Assembly: GCA_963706595.1 (NCBI GenBank)
Contig: OY970166.1
Span: forward strand, 1,024,001 to 1,088,000
DNA length: 64,000 nucleotides
Direction: 5' to 3'
DNA from: an uncultured cyanobacterium
GTDB taxonomy: Bacteria; Cyanobacteriota; Cyanobacteriia; Cyanobacteriales; Nostocaceae
The translations under genes were made by a program, and so were the position numbers. Shown in pieces: positions 44,038 to 53,092 of the stretch. The notes beneath the pieces are model-generated. The model ran no database searches and was not told the origin of the DNA. It saw only the letters and a program-made list of their open reading frames with translations. Position 1 is the stretch's first letter; every line of letters starts with the position of its first letter.

Positions 44038-45339
44038 TTACGCCCGATTATCCCATTCTTGAGCCGCATCTGACAAGGCTTTATCTACAGTTTTTTGATC
44101 TAACATTGCTGCTTGCAAATTCTCATAAATTGCCTTTTGCAGACGTTTAGAATCTTTCAAAGTGGGAGTTAAAATCTCCGCTTGTTGTAATTGTTCAGCA
44201 CTAATAACTCGCGCTTTGTCCACAGTGGAAGCAGTATCAGGGACACTTTTAAAGTAACTATCTCCCAATGCTTTGATTGTAGAGGGTAAGACATTAGCCT
44301 CTTTCGCAAAGGCTAATTGATTTTCGTCATTGGTGAGAAATAAAGCAAACTTTACAGCCGCGTCCGGGTGTTTGCTAGCACGGGGAACAACTACATTCAT
44401 CACAGCCACATTTTTTTTGCCAGTATTACCGGTCATTTGGGGCGCAATAGCTGAAGCTTTGGCAACTTGGGGCGCATTAGTCGCAATTGTGCGGAGAAAC
44501 TCTGGTCCAGAAGCTAAAAATGCCGTTTGTCCCGATTGGTATAAATCAATTGCATGGCGATGTCCTTGGGTTAAAACTTCCCTGGGAAGTAGCCCTTTTT
44601 TATATAAATCTACCCAGTATTGAAACGCTGCTTTACCTTCTGGAGAATTAAAAGCCGCTTTACCTTCGGTATTTACTAGGGTTACTCCCATTTGCACCAA
44701 TGATTCCAACACTTCTCCGGAATCTTGCGGTGCAAAAGTCACAAAAAAAGCATATTTCCCCGTCTTATCTTTAATTTGCTGGGCTACATCTGCTAATTCT
44801 CCGAAGGTAGTCGGTACTTGAGTGATACCTGCCTGTTTTAATAAATCAGTGTTATAAATAGTTAACCTTGTTGTGAGGTACCAGGGAACACCAAAACTCT
44901 TACCATTCAGGGTGCTGGCTTTCCAGATATTCGGTAAATAGGAGGAACGTTCTTCATTCGAGATTTTTGGATCTAAGTCTAACCATGCATTTCTTCCCGC
45001 CAGTTGGGAAGCAAAAACTGGGTTGAGATTGACAACATCAGGAGGCGTATTTGCTGAAACAGCTGTTAAAATTTTGTTCTCCATCGCTGACCAGGGTACA
45101 TCCACCCAGTTAACCTTTATACTAGAATTCTGAGCTTCAAAATTTGTAATCAGATTTTGGAAGTATTCAGTAAATTGCGGTTGGAGTTGCATTGTCCAAA
45201 ACTCAACAGTGGCCTCTCCTGAAGCAGACTGTTGTGTATTTGTACCAACATTTGCAGCACTACAACTGACCATCCAACTGGTAAATAAGCCAATTAATGC
45301 CCAAGTAGCCAGTTGTTTGAATTTTTTAAATTGCATCAT
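44038..45339 (-). CDS. sugar ABC transporter substrate-binding lipoprotein
   Basis: Lipobox VSC, PPDVVNLNP, VPWY, IYNTDLL. Confidence 0.9.
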   Translation of the reverse strand: MMQFKKFKQLATWALIGLFTSWMVSCSAANVGTNTQQSASGEATVEFWTMQLQPQFTEYFQNLITNFEAQNSSIKVNWVDVPWSAMENKILTAVSANTPPDVVNLNPVFASQLAGRNAWLDLDPKISNEERSSYLPNIWKASTLNGKSFGVPWYLTTRLTIYNTDLLKQAGITQVPTTFGELADVAQQIKDKTGKYAFFVTFAPQDSGEVLESLVQMGVTLVNTEGKAAFNSPEGKAAFQYWVDLYKKGLLPREVLTQGHRHAIDLYQSGQTAFLASGPEFLRTIATNAPQVAKASAIAPQMTGNTGKKNVAVMNVVVPRASKHPDAAVKFALFLTNDENQLAFAKEANVLPSTIKALGDSYFKSVPDTASTVDKARVISAEQLQQAEILTPTLKDSKRLQKAIYENLQAAMLDQKTVDKALSDAAQEWDNRA

Positions 45340-45479
45340 TTTAGCAGTATTTTTACGCTTGCTCAGGGTGACAAAGTTATGCAGAATTGTCGAGATTATA
45401 GGCTAAATCAGTTACCTAGTCTTCAGAGAATTCTTTAGTATCATGTAAAGTTTCCATTTAGCAGTCTACTGGCATAAGT

Positions 45480-46586
45480 GTGGTGAAAAGCTTTAATAAT
45501 CTGTTTGGCAAATCTAATCGAGGGGTGGGTATCGAACTTGCACCTGAACGGGTGAATGTAGTTCAGCTACGCAAGCAACGCCAAGGCTTGAAATTAGAAT
45601 CCCTGACTTCAGTACCGGTTCCCGAAGGGGTAATTGTCGATGGTCAAATTATCGACATCTCAACAATGGCTGAATTAATTCAGCAAGCACTAGCCCAGAG
45701 TAATATCAAGGCTTCTCGTGTGGCTACTGGTGTACCAGGGAGAGATTCCATCGTTCGTCTGATACCTATACCAGCTGAGTTGGACGACAAAGAACTAAGG
45801 GAGATGGTGTTAAACCATGAAGCCGGGTTGTATTTGCCCTATCCCCGTGAAGAAGCTGATGTAGATTATCAAAAACTTGGGTACTTTGTAGATGAGGATG
45901 GCATTGAAAAAGTACAGGTATTGTTAGTTGCCACCCGTAAGGAGGTGACAGATACCTATCTTAATACTTTTGAACAGGCAGGATTGCAAATCGATATTTT
46001 AGAGATTAACAGTTTTGCTCTGATTCGGACTATTCGTGAGCAACTGCGACGATTTGGGATGCAGGAAGCGGCGGTATTGGTTGATATAGAGTTCGACAGT
46101 ACAGAGATAGCTATTGTGATTAATGGCGTGCCGCAATTTTCGCGCAGTGTGCCGATTGGTACTTATCAAATGCAAATGGCTCTCTGTAGGGCGATGAGTT
46201 TACCGACATCACGGGATATGGATTTGTTACAGGGTATGGTGATTCCCGCAAATCCTTTAGATGGCGGACAAACTGGGGTGACAGAGGCTAATCCTGGGAT
46301 GGCGGCTTTGTTGAGAGTTTTGGGAGAACTCACCGATGAACTGCGCCGTTCTATCGATTTTTACCTAAATCAAAGTGAAAACCTGGAAGTGGCACAGATT
46401 TTCTTGGCAGGGCCAGGAGGCGGACTGCAACAGCTAGATGAGTTTTTCACTCAAAGATTAGGACTGCCAACTAGTCAAATTGACCCCATTGTGTCTTTGT
46501 CTTTACAAGTTGATGAGGAACAGTATCCCATAGCACAACGTTCTGGCTTGGGAATCATACTTGGTCTTGGAATGCGGGAGGTATAA
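45480..46586 (+). CDS. pilM: type IV pilus assembly protein PilM
   Basis: Actin-like fold (GIEL, LVDIE, FLAGPGG, LGLGMR). First gene of the pil operon. Confidence 0.93.
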   Translation: MVKSFNNLFGKSNRGVGIELAPERVNVVQLRKQRQGLKLESLTSVPVPEGVIVDGQIIDISTMAELIQQALAQSNIKASRVATGVPGRDSIVRLIPIPAELDDKELREMVLNHEAGLYLPYPREEADVDYQKLGYFVDEDGIEKVQVLLVATRKEVTDTYLNTFEQAGLQIDILEINSFALIRTIREQLRRFGMQEAAVLVDIEFDSTEIAIVINGVPQFSRSVPIGTYQMQMALCRAMSLPTSRDMDLLQGMVIPANPLDGGQTGVTEANPGMAALLRVLGELTDELRRSIDFYLNQSENLEVAQIFLAGPGGGLQQLDEFFTQRLGLPTSQIDPIVSLSLQVDEEQYPIAQRSGLGIILGLGMREV

Positions 46587-46590
46587 CAGA

Positions 46591-47358
46591 ATGTACAGTT
46601 TAGATGTTAATTTTCTTAAAGATCGGGTCCTTGAGCAGAACACGCCTAACAACAGACCAGGATTTCAAATGCCCACGGGCGATTTCACACCAGTGTTTGT
46701 GGGATTGGCTATTGGTGTGTGTTTGCCGGCTTTTGTTGGGGCAGGTTTGTGGTTTTTGCAGTCGAAAAATAGTCAATTAGATCAGCAGATAGCAGAATTA
46801 ACTCAGGAAAATGCGAGATTAGAAACGGAAATTGGGAATATTAATAAAATCCGGGAGGAGACAAAAAGAGTTAAAGCGGAAACACAGGGTTTAGTGACTG
46901 TGTTTGATCAGATTCGCCCTTGGTCTGCCATGTTACAAGATTTGCGCGATCGCATACCAGCAACAGTGCAAATTGAAACCGTTAAACAAATTGAACCCGC
47001 CGCCCCAGCCCAAGGACAGCCACCCAGCAGTCGGGCTGGAGGATTGGAAGTTACCGGTATAGCTCGTTCTTTCAATGATGTCAATGACTTTCTCTTGACT
47101 CTGCAACAGTCTCAATTCTTGAAATCATCATCAAGCAGAATTACCACAGCCACCTTAGTAGATGCACCAATTCCACCAGGGAGTAATCAATCTGGTGGTG
47201 TCCAAATTAAACTACCCCAAGTAGTGAGATACACAATTCAATCCAGTGTGAGTGATGTTCCAGCTTCTGAGTTAATTCGGGAATTAGAGAAAAAAGGCAC
47301 CGTGGGATTAGTAAGTAGAATTCGCAGTATGCAAGAATTAGGAGTCATTTCCAAATGA
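46591..47358 (+). CDS. pilN: type IV pilus assembly protein PilN
   Basis: LDVNFL N-terminal motif, TM helix, coiled coil. Confidence 0.9.
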   Translation: MYSLDVNFLKDRVLEQNTPNNRPGFQMPTGDFTPVFVGLAIGVCLPAFVGAGLWFLQSKNSQLDQQIAELTQENARLETEIGNINKIREETKRVKAETQGLVTVFDQIRPWSAMLQDLRDRIPATVQIETVKQIEPAAPAQGQPPSSRAGGLEVTGIARSFNDVNDFLLTLQQSQFLKSSSSRITTATLVDAPIPPGSNQSGGVQIKLPQVVRYTIQSSVSDVPASELIRELEKKGTVGLVSRIRSMQELGVISK

Positions 47359-48128
47359 CAATGAGTCAAGGTTTTAATTTTGATGAGCAAGGTGGGGAAT
47401 TCGGTTCAGAAACTTCAAACTACCCCGTTGCTTTTGGTATTACTTTCACACCCAAAGTTCTTGGCATTTTGGTGGGTGTATTGGGATTTGCGGGAGCAGC
47501 GTATATGCTGCTTAACGTAGTAATGCCAGCATGGGAATCTTTTCAGGAAAAACAAACACAAGCTAATGATTTGCAAAGTCAAGTTGAGCAAAAAAAAGCC
47601 AGCATTCAACAAATTGGCCAAGTAAAAGCTGATTTAGCCGCAGCCAAGCAGGAAACAATCCAGGTTTTAAGTTTATTTGCTGATGAAAACACCTTAGATA
47701 CTCTATTGCTGGATATAAATCGTTTAGTTGAGTCTAGTAATGCTGAAGTTTCGGCTAATGCAGTTAGAGCCAAACTACAAAGATTTGTCCCAGCTTCAGA
47801 GGCAGCAGAACCAATTAAAGATGGCTCTCTTGGCCCTACTGTCGATGGCAAATTGAAACGCAGTAGTATTACTGTGGAAATTCAGGGAACATTTGAACAA
47901 ACCCAATCAATTGTTCGTAATATTGAACGTTTGCAGCCATTGTTAATAGTTAAAGATTATCAAGCAAGATTGTCTCCTGAACAAGCCAGAGACTCATCAG
48001 GCGAAGAAGTGATTCGGGTGGGACCAGCGCCCATTACTACGTCTTTTGAAATTCAGGCATTAATGCCACTTAATTCAGAAGAAGTTGCTGCTGCGGCTAA
48101 GGCGGCTGAAGCTGCAACTACACAATAA
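47355..48128 (+). CDS. pilO: type IV pilus assembly protein PilO
   Basis: TM helix, coiled coil, LDTLLLDINR, IERLQPLL. ATGA overlap with pilN. Confidence 0.85.
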   Translation: MTMSQGFNFDEQGGEFGSETSNYPVAFGITFTPKVLGILVGVLGFAGAAYMLLNVVMPAWESFQEKQTQANDLQSQVEQKKASIQQIGQVKADLAAAKQETIQVLSLFADENTLDTLLLDINRLVESSNAEVSANAVRAKLQRFVPASEAAEPIKDGSLGPTVDGKLKRSSITVEIQGTFEQTQSIVRNIERLQPLLIVKDYQARLSPEQARDSSGEEVIRVGPAPITTSFEIQALMPLNSEEVAAAAKAAEAATTQ

Positions 48129-48151
48129 ACTTTTGAGTAGAAACACAAATA

Positions 48152-48341
48152 TAGAACTTACGCACTTTACAAATTAATCAGGGTATGCTTTGAATAAAAT
48201 ACATTGTTTCAGACTTTTATCCACGATTATTTTGATTGTAAATAAACCAGCATTGTGGGGTTTTAGCAATGCTAAACCCCTACGAAAGATATGGTTTTTG
48301 ACAACACATATTTAATGTTAATTGTCAATGCGTAACTTCTA
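48152..48341. mobile_element. MITE with TAGAACTTACGCA/TGCGTAACTTCTA ends containing a REP-like palindrome
   Basis: Ends resemble those of 9067-9160. Internal GGGGTTTTAGCAATGCTAAACCCCTAC. Confidence 0.6.
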
Positions 48342-48402
48342 GAATACTACTACTCAAAAATTTTTGGTTAACAGGTGTTTTCTATATAGTGAGGAATGAA
48401 CG

Positions 48403-50940
48403 GTGAAACAATTTCACGGTAATGGTGTTATTTTAGGCGCTGCTGCTTTTGCATTTATCGCAGCTCAACCAGCATCAGCCCAGGTAGCTCAAGTAACTGG
48501 GGTGAAGCTCAACCCAGCTAATGGTGGAGTTAGCGTTGTTTTGCAAACTTCTTCAGGGTCGCGTCCCCAAGTTTTCACAACGAAAAGAAATAACGCTTTA
48601 GTCTCAGATATTATTAATACTCAATTGCGTTTACCGCAAGGAAATAATTTTCGCCAAGATAACCCGGCTGAGGGAATTGCCTCAGTGGAAGTTGTACAAC
48701 TTGATTCCAATAGTATTCGAGTCATCGTGACTGGTAATAATAATATCCCCACAAATCAACCTGTGGTGCGAAAGGCAAATGAATTAACTCTCAGCTTTAC
48801 GCCATCTTCCAGCACAGCATCAACAGCAGCACCGTCTGCTGGGACTCCAGCCCAAACTAGCCCAAGTGTTCTGGTTCCTAACCCACAAATCTCAATTGAT
48901 GGCAGACCTGCGCTACCTGCTAGCCCTAGTCAACCTGTGAGTCAAGCGCCGCCTTTTTTACCCAGAGCCGTCGCCCCACCAGTGGGAGATATCTCTGTTT
49001 CTAATACAGATGCGTCTCCCACAACTATTGACTTAGGCACTCAGGAACGTGTCCCCCGGTTGGTATTGAGAGATGCATCAGTGCGCGAGGTTTTGTCATT
49101 GCTGGCTCGTGCGGCTGGGATGAATTTGGCTTATATCGGAGAAGATGATGATAAGCAAGGTTCTACTTCTACCAGTCAGATTAATCGTGGTGCTACTGAT
49201 GCAGCGCCAATATATCAAAGAATATCCTTAGATATAGAAAATGAGCCAGTGCAAGATGTGTTTAACTACGTTTTGCGATTGAGTGGTTTAGAAGCTAACC
49301 GCAGTGGACGCACGATTTTTGTAGCTCCTAAACTCCCTAATACTACTCGTGATGTAGTAGTACGTAACCTGAGACTTAACCAAGCAACAGTACCAGAGAT
49401 TTTAAGGGTTTTAGTTAACTTGGGAGCAGAAAGTGCTGTCAATGCTGAACCTAAGACTACTAGGGTAACAACAGATGTGATAGGTACAGAAGAGGGATCG
49501 CGAAGAGAACTTGCTGAAGATACAAATCTTCAGGCTCAACGAATTACGTTTATTGACTCAATACCTATATTGCGAGGTTTACAAGTATCAGGAGACGTGC
49601 GAACCAATACTATTACCTTAATTGGTATGCCTAAGCTAGTTGAAATTGCCATGTCTCAAATTGTTCCGCTTGATCTCCGCCGTCGTCAAGTGGCAGTTAA
49701 CGTCAGGATTATCGATGTTAACCTCTTAAATACTAAAGACCAGAATGCCAGTTTTTCCTTTGGTATTGGTAATAACTTCTTTAGCAGTGATGGTGGTGCA
49801 GCATCTGTGAATTTTGGCGGTGTTAATCCGCCTTCCTCTAATGATGTGCGTAACAGTCTACAAAGTCCAACTATCATCCCTAATCCCTATTCAGGTGCTA
49901 ATACTTTCGTAGATTTAAGTGGCTCCACGCCTATTCCAGGCACTGGAATAGGTAACAGATTAATTGATAATGGGCGTTTACGAGAAGATATACCAGGAGG
50001 GACTGAATCATTCTTCAACCGTCAAGCAGGGGTTTCAGAAAATCCATTTCAAGCGGGTATCACAGACTTTACAAGGGGAACACCAAATGTAACCCGGATT
50101 ACAGATATTCCTGCTACTCCTGGTACTCCTGCTACGCCTGCTATTCCTGCTGTGGTTGAAAATGGTATTATTATTGTTCCAGCAGTTCCTGCTACTCCTG
50201 GTACGCCTGGTACTCCAGCGCGTAGAGAGTTTACGTTTGCACCAGGGACTTTGGGAACAGCAACATCTGCTCTTCCATCCCTTTACCAGTACCCTAGACG
50301 ACTTCTTGCGAGTTTGCAAGCTCAAGTCCAAAATGGCAATGCCAAGATTTTGACCGACCCTACCTTAATTGTGCAAGAAGGTCAAACAGCTGACGTTAAA
50401 TTAACTCAAGAAGTTGTGGGTAACATTATCAGGGAAATAACTCGTGGTGATGGCACTTCTTCAGAATCAGTCACAGCTGAGAAAACAAACGTAGGTTTAG
50501 AACTGGCTGTGAGAGTTGATCGAATCGATGATAATGGTTTTGTATCTCTTTCTGTGTCTCCAAGTGTTTCAACTCCTCAAGCTCCAGCCGACATTAGTTT
50601 GGGTGGTGGTGGTAGCCAAAGAATATTTTTGGTTTCGACACGTTCCCTTACTTCTGGTACTGTTCGCCTGCGAGATGGTCAGACTTTAATTCTCTCAGGT
50701 ATCATTCAAGAGTCAGATAGAGTAAGTGTTTCTAAGCTTCCTATTTTGGGTGATCTTCCTCTGATTGGTTCTCTGTTTAGAAGAACAAACAGAGAGAATC
50801 AACGTCAAGAGGTGATTGTGCTGCTAACTCCTCAAATTATGGATGACTCTGAGAACTCGGCTTATGGCTATAATTACAGCCCCAGCCCAGAGGTACGGCA
50901 AATGATTGAGCGTCGTGGGTTGAGTGCGCCGAGACGATAA
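48403..50940 (+). CDS. pilQ: type IV pilus secretin PilQ with AMIN domain
   Basis: Signal peptide, AMIN domain, secretin C-domain (LPILGDLPLIGSLFR, VIVLLTPQI). Confidence 0.92.
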   Translation: MKQFHGNGVILGAAAFAFIAAQPASAQVAQVTGVKLNPANGGVSVVLQTSSGSRPQVFTTKRNNALVSDIINTQLRLPQGNNFRQDNPAEGIASVEVVQLDSNSIRVIVTGNNNIPTNQPVVRKANELTLSFTPSSSTASTAAPSAGTPAQTSPSVLVPNPQISIDGRPALPASPSQPVSQAPPFLPRAVAPPVGDISVSNTDASPTTIDLGTQERVPRLVLRDASVREVLSLLARAAGMNLAYIGEDDDKQGSTSTSQINRGATDAAPIYQRISLDIENEPVQDVFNYVLRLSGLEANRSGRTIFVAPKLPNTTRDVVVRNLRLNQATVPEILRVLVNLGAESAVNAEPKTTRVTTDVIGTEEGSRRELAEDTNLQAQRITFIDSIPILRGLQVSGDVRTNTITLIGMPKLVEIAMSQIVPLDLRRRQVAVNVRIIDVNLLNTKDQNASFSFGIGNNFFSSDGGAASVNFGGVNPPSSNDVRNSLQSPTIIPNPYSGANTFVDLSGSTPIPGTGIGNRLIDNGRLREDIPGGTESFFNRQAGVSENPFQAGITDFTRGTPNVTRITDIPATPGTPATPAIPAVVENGIIIVPAVPATPGTPGTPARREFTFAPGTLGTATSALPSLYQYPRRLLASLQAQVQNGNAKILTDPTLIVQEGQTADVKLTQEVVGNIIREITRGDGTSSESVTAEKTNVGLELAVRVDRIDDNGFVSLSVSPSVSTPQAPADISLGGGGSQRIFLVSTRSLTSGTVRLRDGQTLILSGIIQESDRVSVSKLPILGDLPLIGSLFRRTNRENQRQEVIVLLTPQIMDDSENSAYGYNYSPSPEVRQMIERRGLSAPRR

Positions 50941-51479
50941 GAAGCCCTGGAACCCTTAAAAATCCCGGAATCAACCACCCAAACAAAGTCCGCACTATGG
51001 CTAACGCCACGCTCAGTGAGCGCCAGCGCGGACTAATAGAAAATTCAGAATTTGAAACCCGCGTTGGCGGCCTTCCCGACCGAATGCCGCTACGCGTCTT
51101 GTCTGTGTAAATGTGGGTTATGACTGCCGATTTTGCTGATGTGATTTCTGGTTTTTGAATTTTAAATTTGAATTTTGAATTTCACAGTCAGGAGCTTTTA
51201 TCAGTACTTTTGCAATTTTATGTATAATTTATCGAAAAAAATCACTGAAAAATCACAAAAAATCCTGAAATCTATATAAATTAATGGTTTCATCTATCCA
51301 CTTCAGGCTACAACACCTTAGAATGATTCATTGAAAAGTCGAGCCGATGGGATGTACAGCCATTTTTTATGTAAATATTCCCAAAGGACGACTTTTGTAA
51401 TTCTCTGTTTGGAGAATTAAATAAATATGCCGCCGGGTGTAACAGTAAAGAATCTGAAGTAAACATCAAGGAGTTTGAT

Positions 51480-51782
51480 ATGAACAAGGGTGAATTAGTT
51501 GATGCTGTGTCTGAAAAGGCTAGTGTTACCAAAAAACAAGCTGATGCTGTTTTAACTGCTGCTTTGGAAACGATTGTTGAAGCTGTTTCTTCTGGCGATA
51601 AGGTCACGCTAGTAGGATTTGGCTCTTTTGAATCACGCGAACGCAAGGCGCGTGAAGGTCGTAACCCCAAAACTAATGAAAAGATGGAAATCCCTGCCAC
51701 TAGGGTTCCAGCTTTCTCTGCTGGTAAGCTGTTTAGAGAAAAGGTTGCACCCCCAAAAGAACCAAAAGAAGTAAAAGAATAG
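51480..51782 (+). CDS. hup: DNA-binding protein HU
   Basis: MNKGELV, VTLVGFGSF, GRNPKT, PAFSAGK. Confidence 0.96.
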   Translation: MNKGELVDAVSEKASVTKKQADAVLTAALETIVEAVSSGDKVTLVGFGSFESRERKAREGRNPKTNEKMEIPATRVPAFSAGKLFREKVAPPKEPKEVKE

Positions 51783-51808
51783 CTCACGTTTTAGGAGACC
51801 TCTTTTTG

Positions 51809-53041
51809 ATGCGGCAACCAGTTCACGGCGGAAATTTAGTTTGGGCAGCAGCACTAGCTGGTTGTCCACCTGAAGCTATTGTGGATTTTTCTGCCAGCAT
51901 CAGTCCCTTGGGTCCACCTAATAGTGCGATCGCAGCTATTTATTCTCAAGTTGGTAATCTTAAACACTATCCTGACCCAGCTTACAGTGACCTAAGACTA
52001 GCTCTGGGTCGCTTTCATCAACTACCTCCTGAGTGGATTCTGCCGGGGAATGGTTCAGCAGAATTACTGACTTTAGCAGGTAGAGAATTAGCAAATTTAA
52101 CCGCAACAACCTTAATTACTCCAGCCTTTAGCGATTATTACCGCACCCTCACGGCATATAACGCTAAAATTCTGGAGTTTCCCCTTTCTTTGGAATGGGG
52201 AGTGGGGAGTGGGGAGTGGGGAGAAGAGGAACGGGTGCAGGGGGCAGGGGGCAGGGGAGAAGAAGAATGGTTGTTAAGTAACCAGAACTTTAAAATAATT
52301 TCTAACTCCCCCTTACTCCCTGCTCCCTGCTCCCCTGCTTCTTCTGGGGTGGGGAGAAATTCTTCTTCTTCTTCCTCATCTGCGTTATCTGCATTTGCCA
52401 GTTCGGGATTATTGCTGAATAATCCCCACAACCCCACGGGGAAGTTATTCTCACGAGAGGCAATTTTGCCTTATTTGGAGCAGTACGCCTTGGTGGTGGT
52501 GGATGAGGCGTTTATGGATTTTGTGCCTCCTGATGCGGAACAAAGCCTGATAGGGGTGGTGCAGGAATATCCAAATTTAGTAGTATTGCGATCGCTCACC
52601 AAATTTTACAGTCTACCAGGACTGAGATTAGGATATGCGATCGCACACCCTGAGCGTCTTTCTCTATGGCAATCATGGCGTGACCCCTGGCCTGTCAACA
52701 CCCTGGCGGCGGCCGCAGCAGTTGCAGCCGTCCAAGACCAAGAGTTTCAAGAACTCACCTGGAAATGGCTCCCACTGGCAAGAAACCAACTTTTCCAAGG
52801 TTTAGCCTCAATTCCCGGTTTACAGCCTCTAGAAGGCGCTGCTAACTTCTTACTGGTGAAATCACAGCAATCGGTTTTGCAGTTACAAAAAAAATTACTC
52901 CAGCATCACCAAATTTTAATTCGTGATTGCCTGAGTTTTCAAGAATTAGGCGATCGCTTTTTCCGGGTTGCTGTCCGTTCCCAGTCAGATAATGAACGCT
53001 TATTAACAGCATTATCTTCAACCTTGATTGATGACGAGTAA
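51809..53041 (+). CDS. cobD: threonine-phosphate decarboxylase (CobD) with in-frame repeat insertion
   Basis: HGGN, DFSASISP, GNGSAE, NNPHNPTG, DEAFMDF, RSLTKFY..PGLRLGY. Confidence 0.9.
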   Translation: MRQPVHGGNLVWAAALAGCPPEAIVDFSASISPLGPPNSAIAAIYSQVGNLKHYPDPAYSDLRLALGRFHQLPPEWILPGNGSAELLTLAGRELANLTATTLITPAFSDYYRTLTAYNAKILEFPLSLEWGVGSGEWGEEERVQGAGGRGEEEWLLSNQNFKIISNSPLLPAPCSPASSGVGRNSSSSSSSALSAFASSGLLLNNPHNPTGKLFSREAILPYLEQYALVVVDEAFMDFVPPDAEQSLIGVVQEYPNLVVLRSLTKFYSLPGLRLGYAIAHPERLSLWQSWRDPWPVNTLAAAAAVAAVQDQEFQELTWKWLPLARNQLFQGLASIPGLQPLEGAANFLLVKSQQSVLQLQKKLLQHHQILIRDCLSFQELGDRFFRVAVRSQSDNERLLTALSSTLIDDE

Positions 53042-53092
53042 AAACTTCAGCCCTTTCGAGAGGACTAAAGTCCTCACTACAAACTTGGACTA

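Noticed and set aside
51308..51869. Antisense ORFs over HU, and similar shadow ORFs over ilvC, pilO, the amidase and devC
   Set aside because: They are reverse-frame shadows of well-supported genes.
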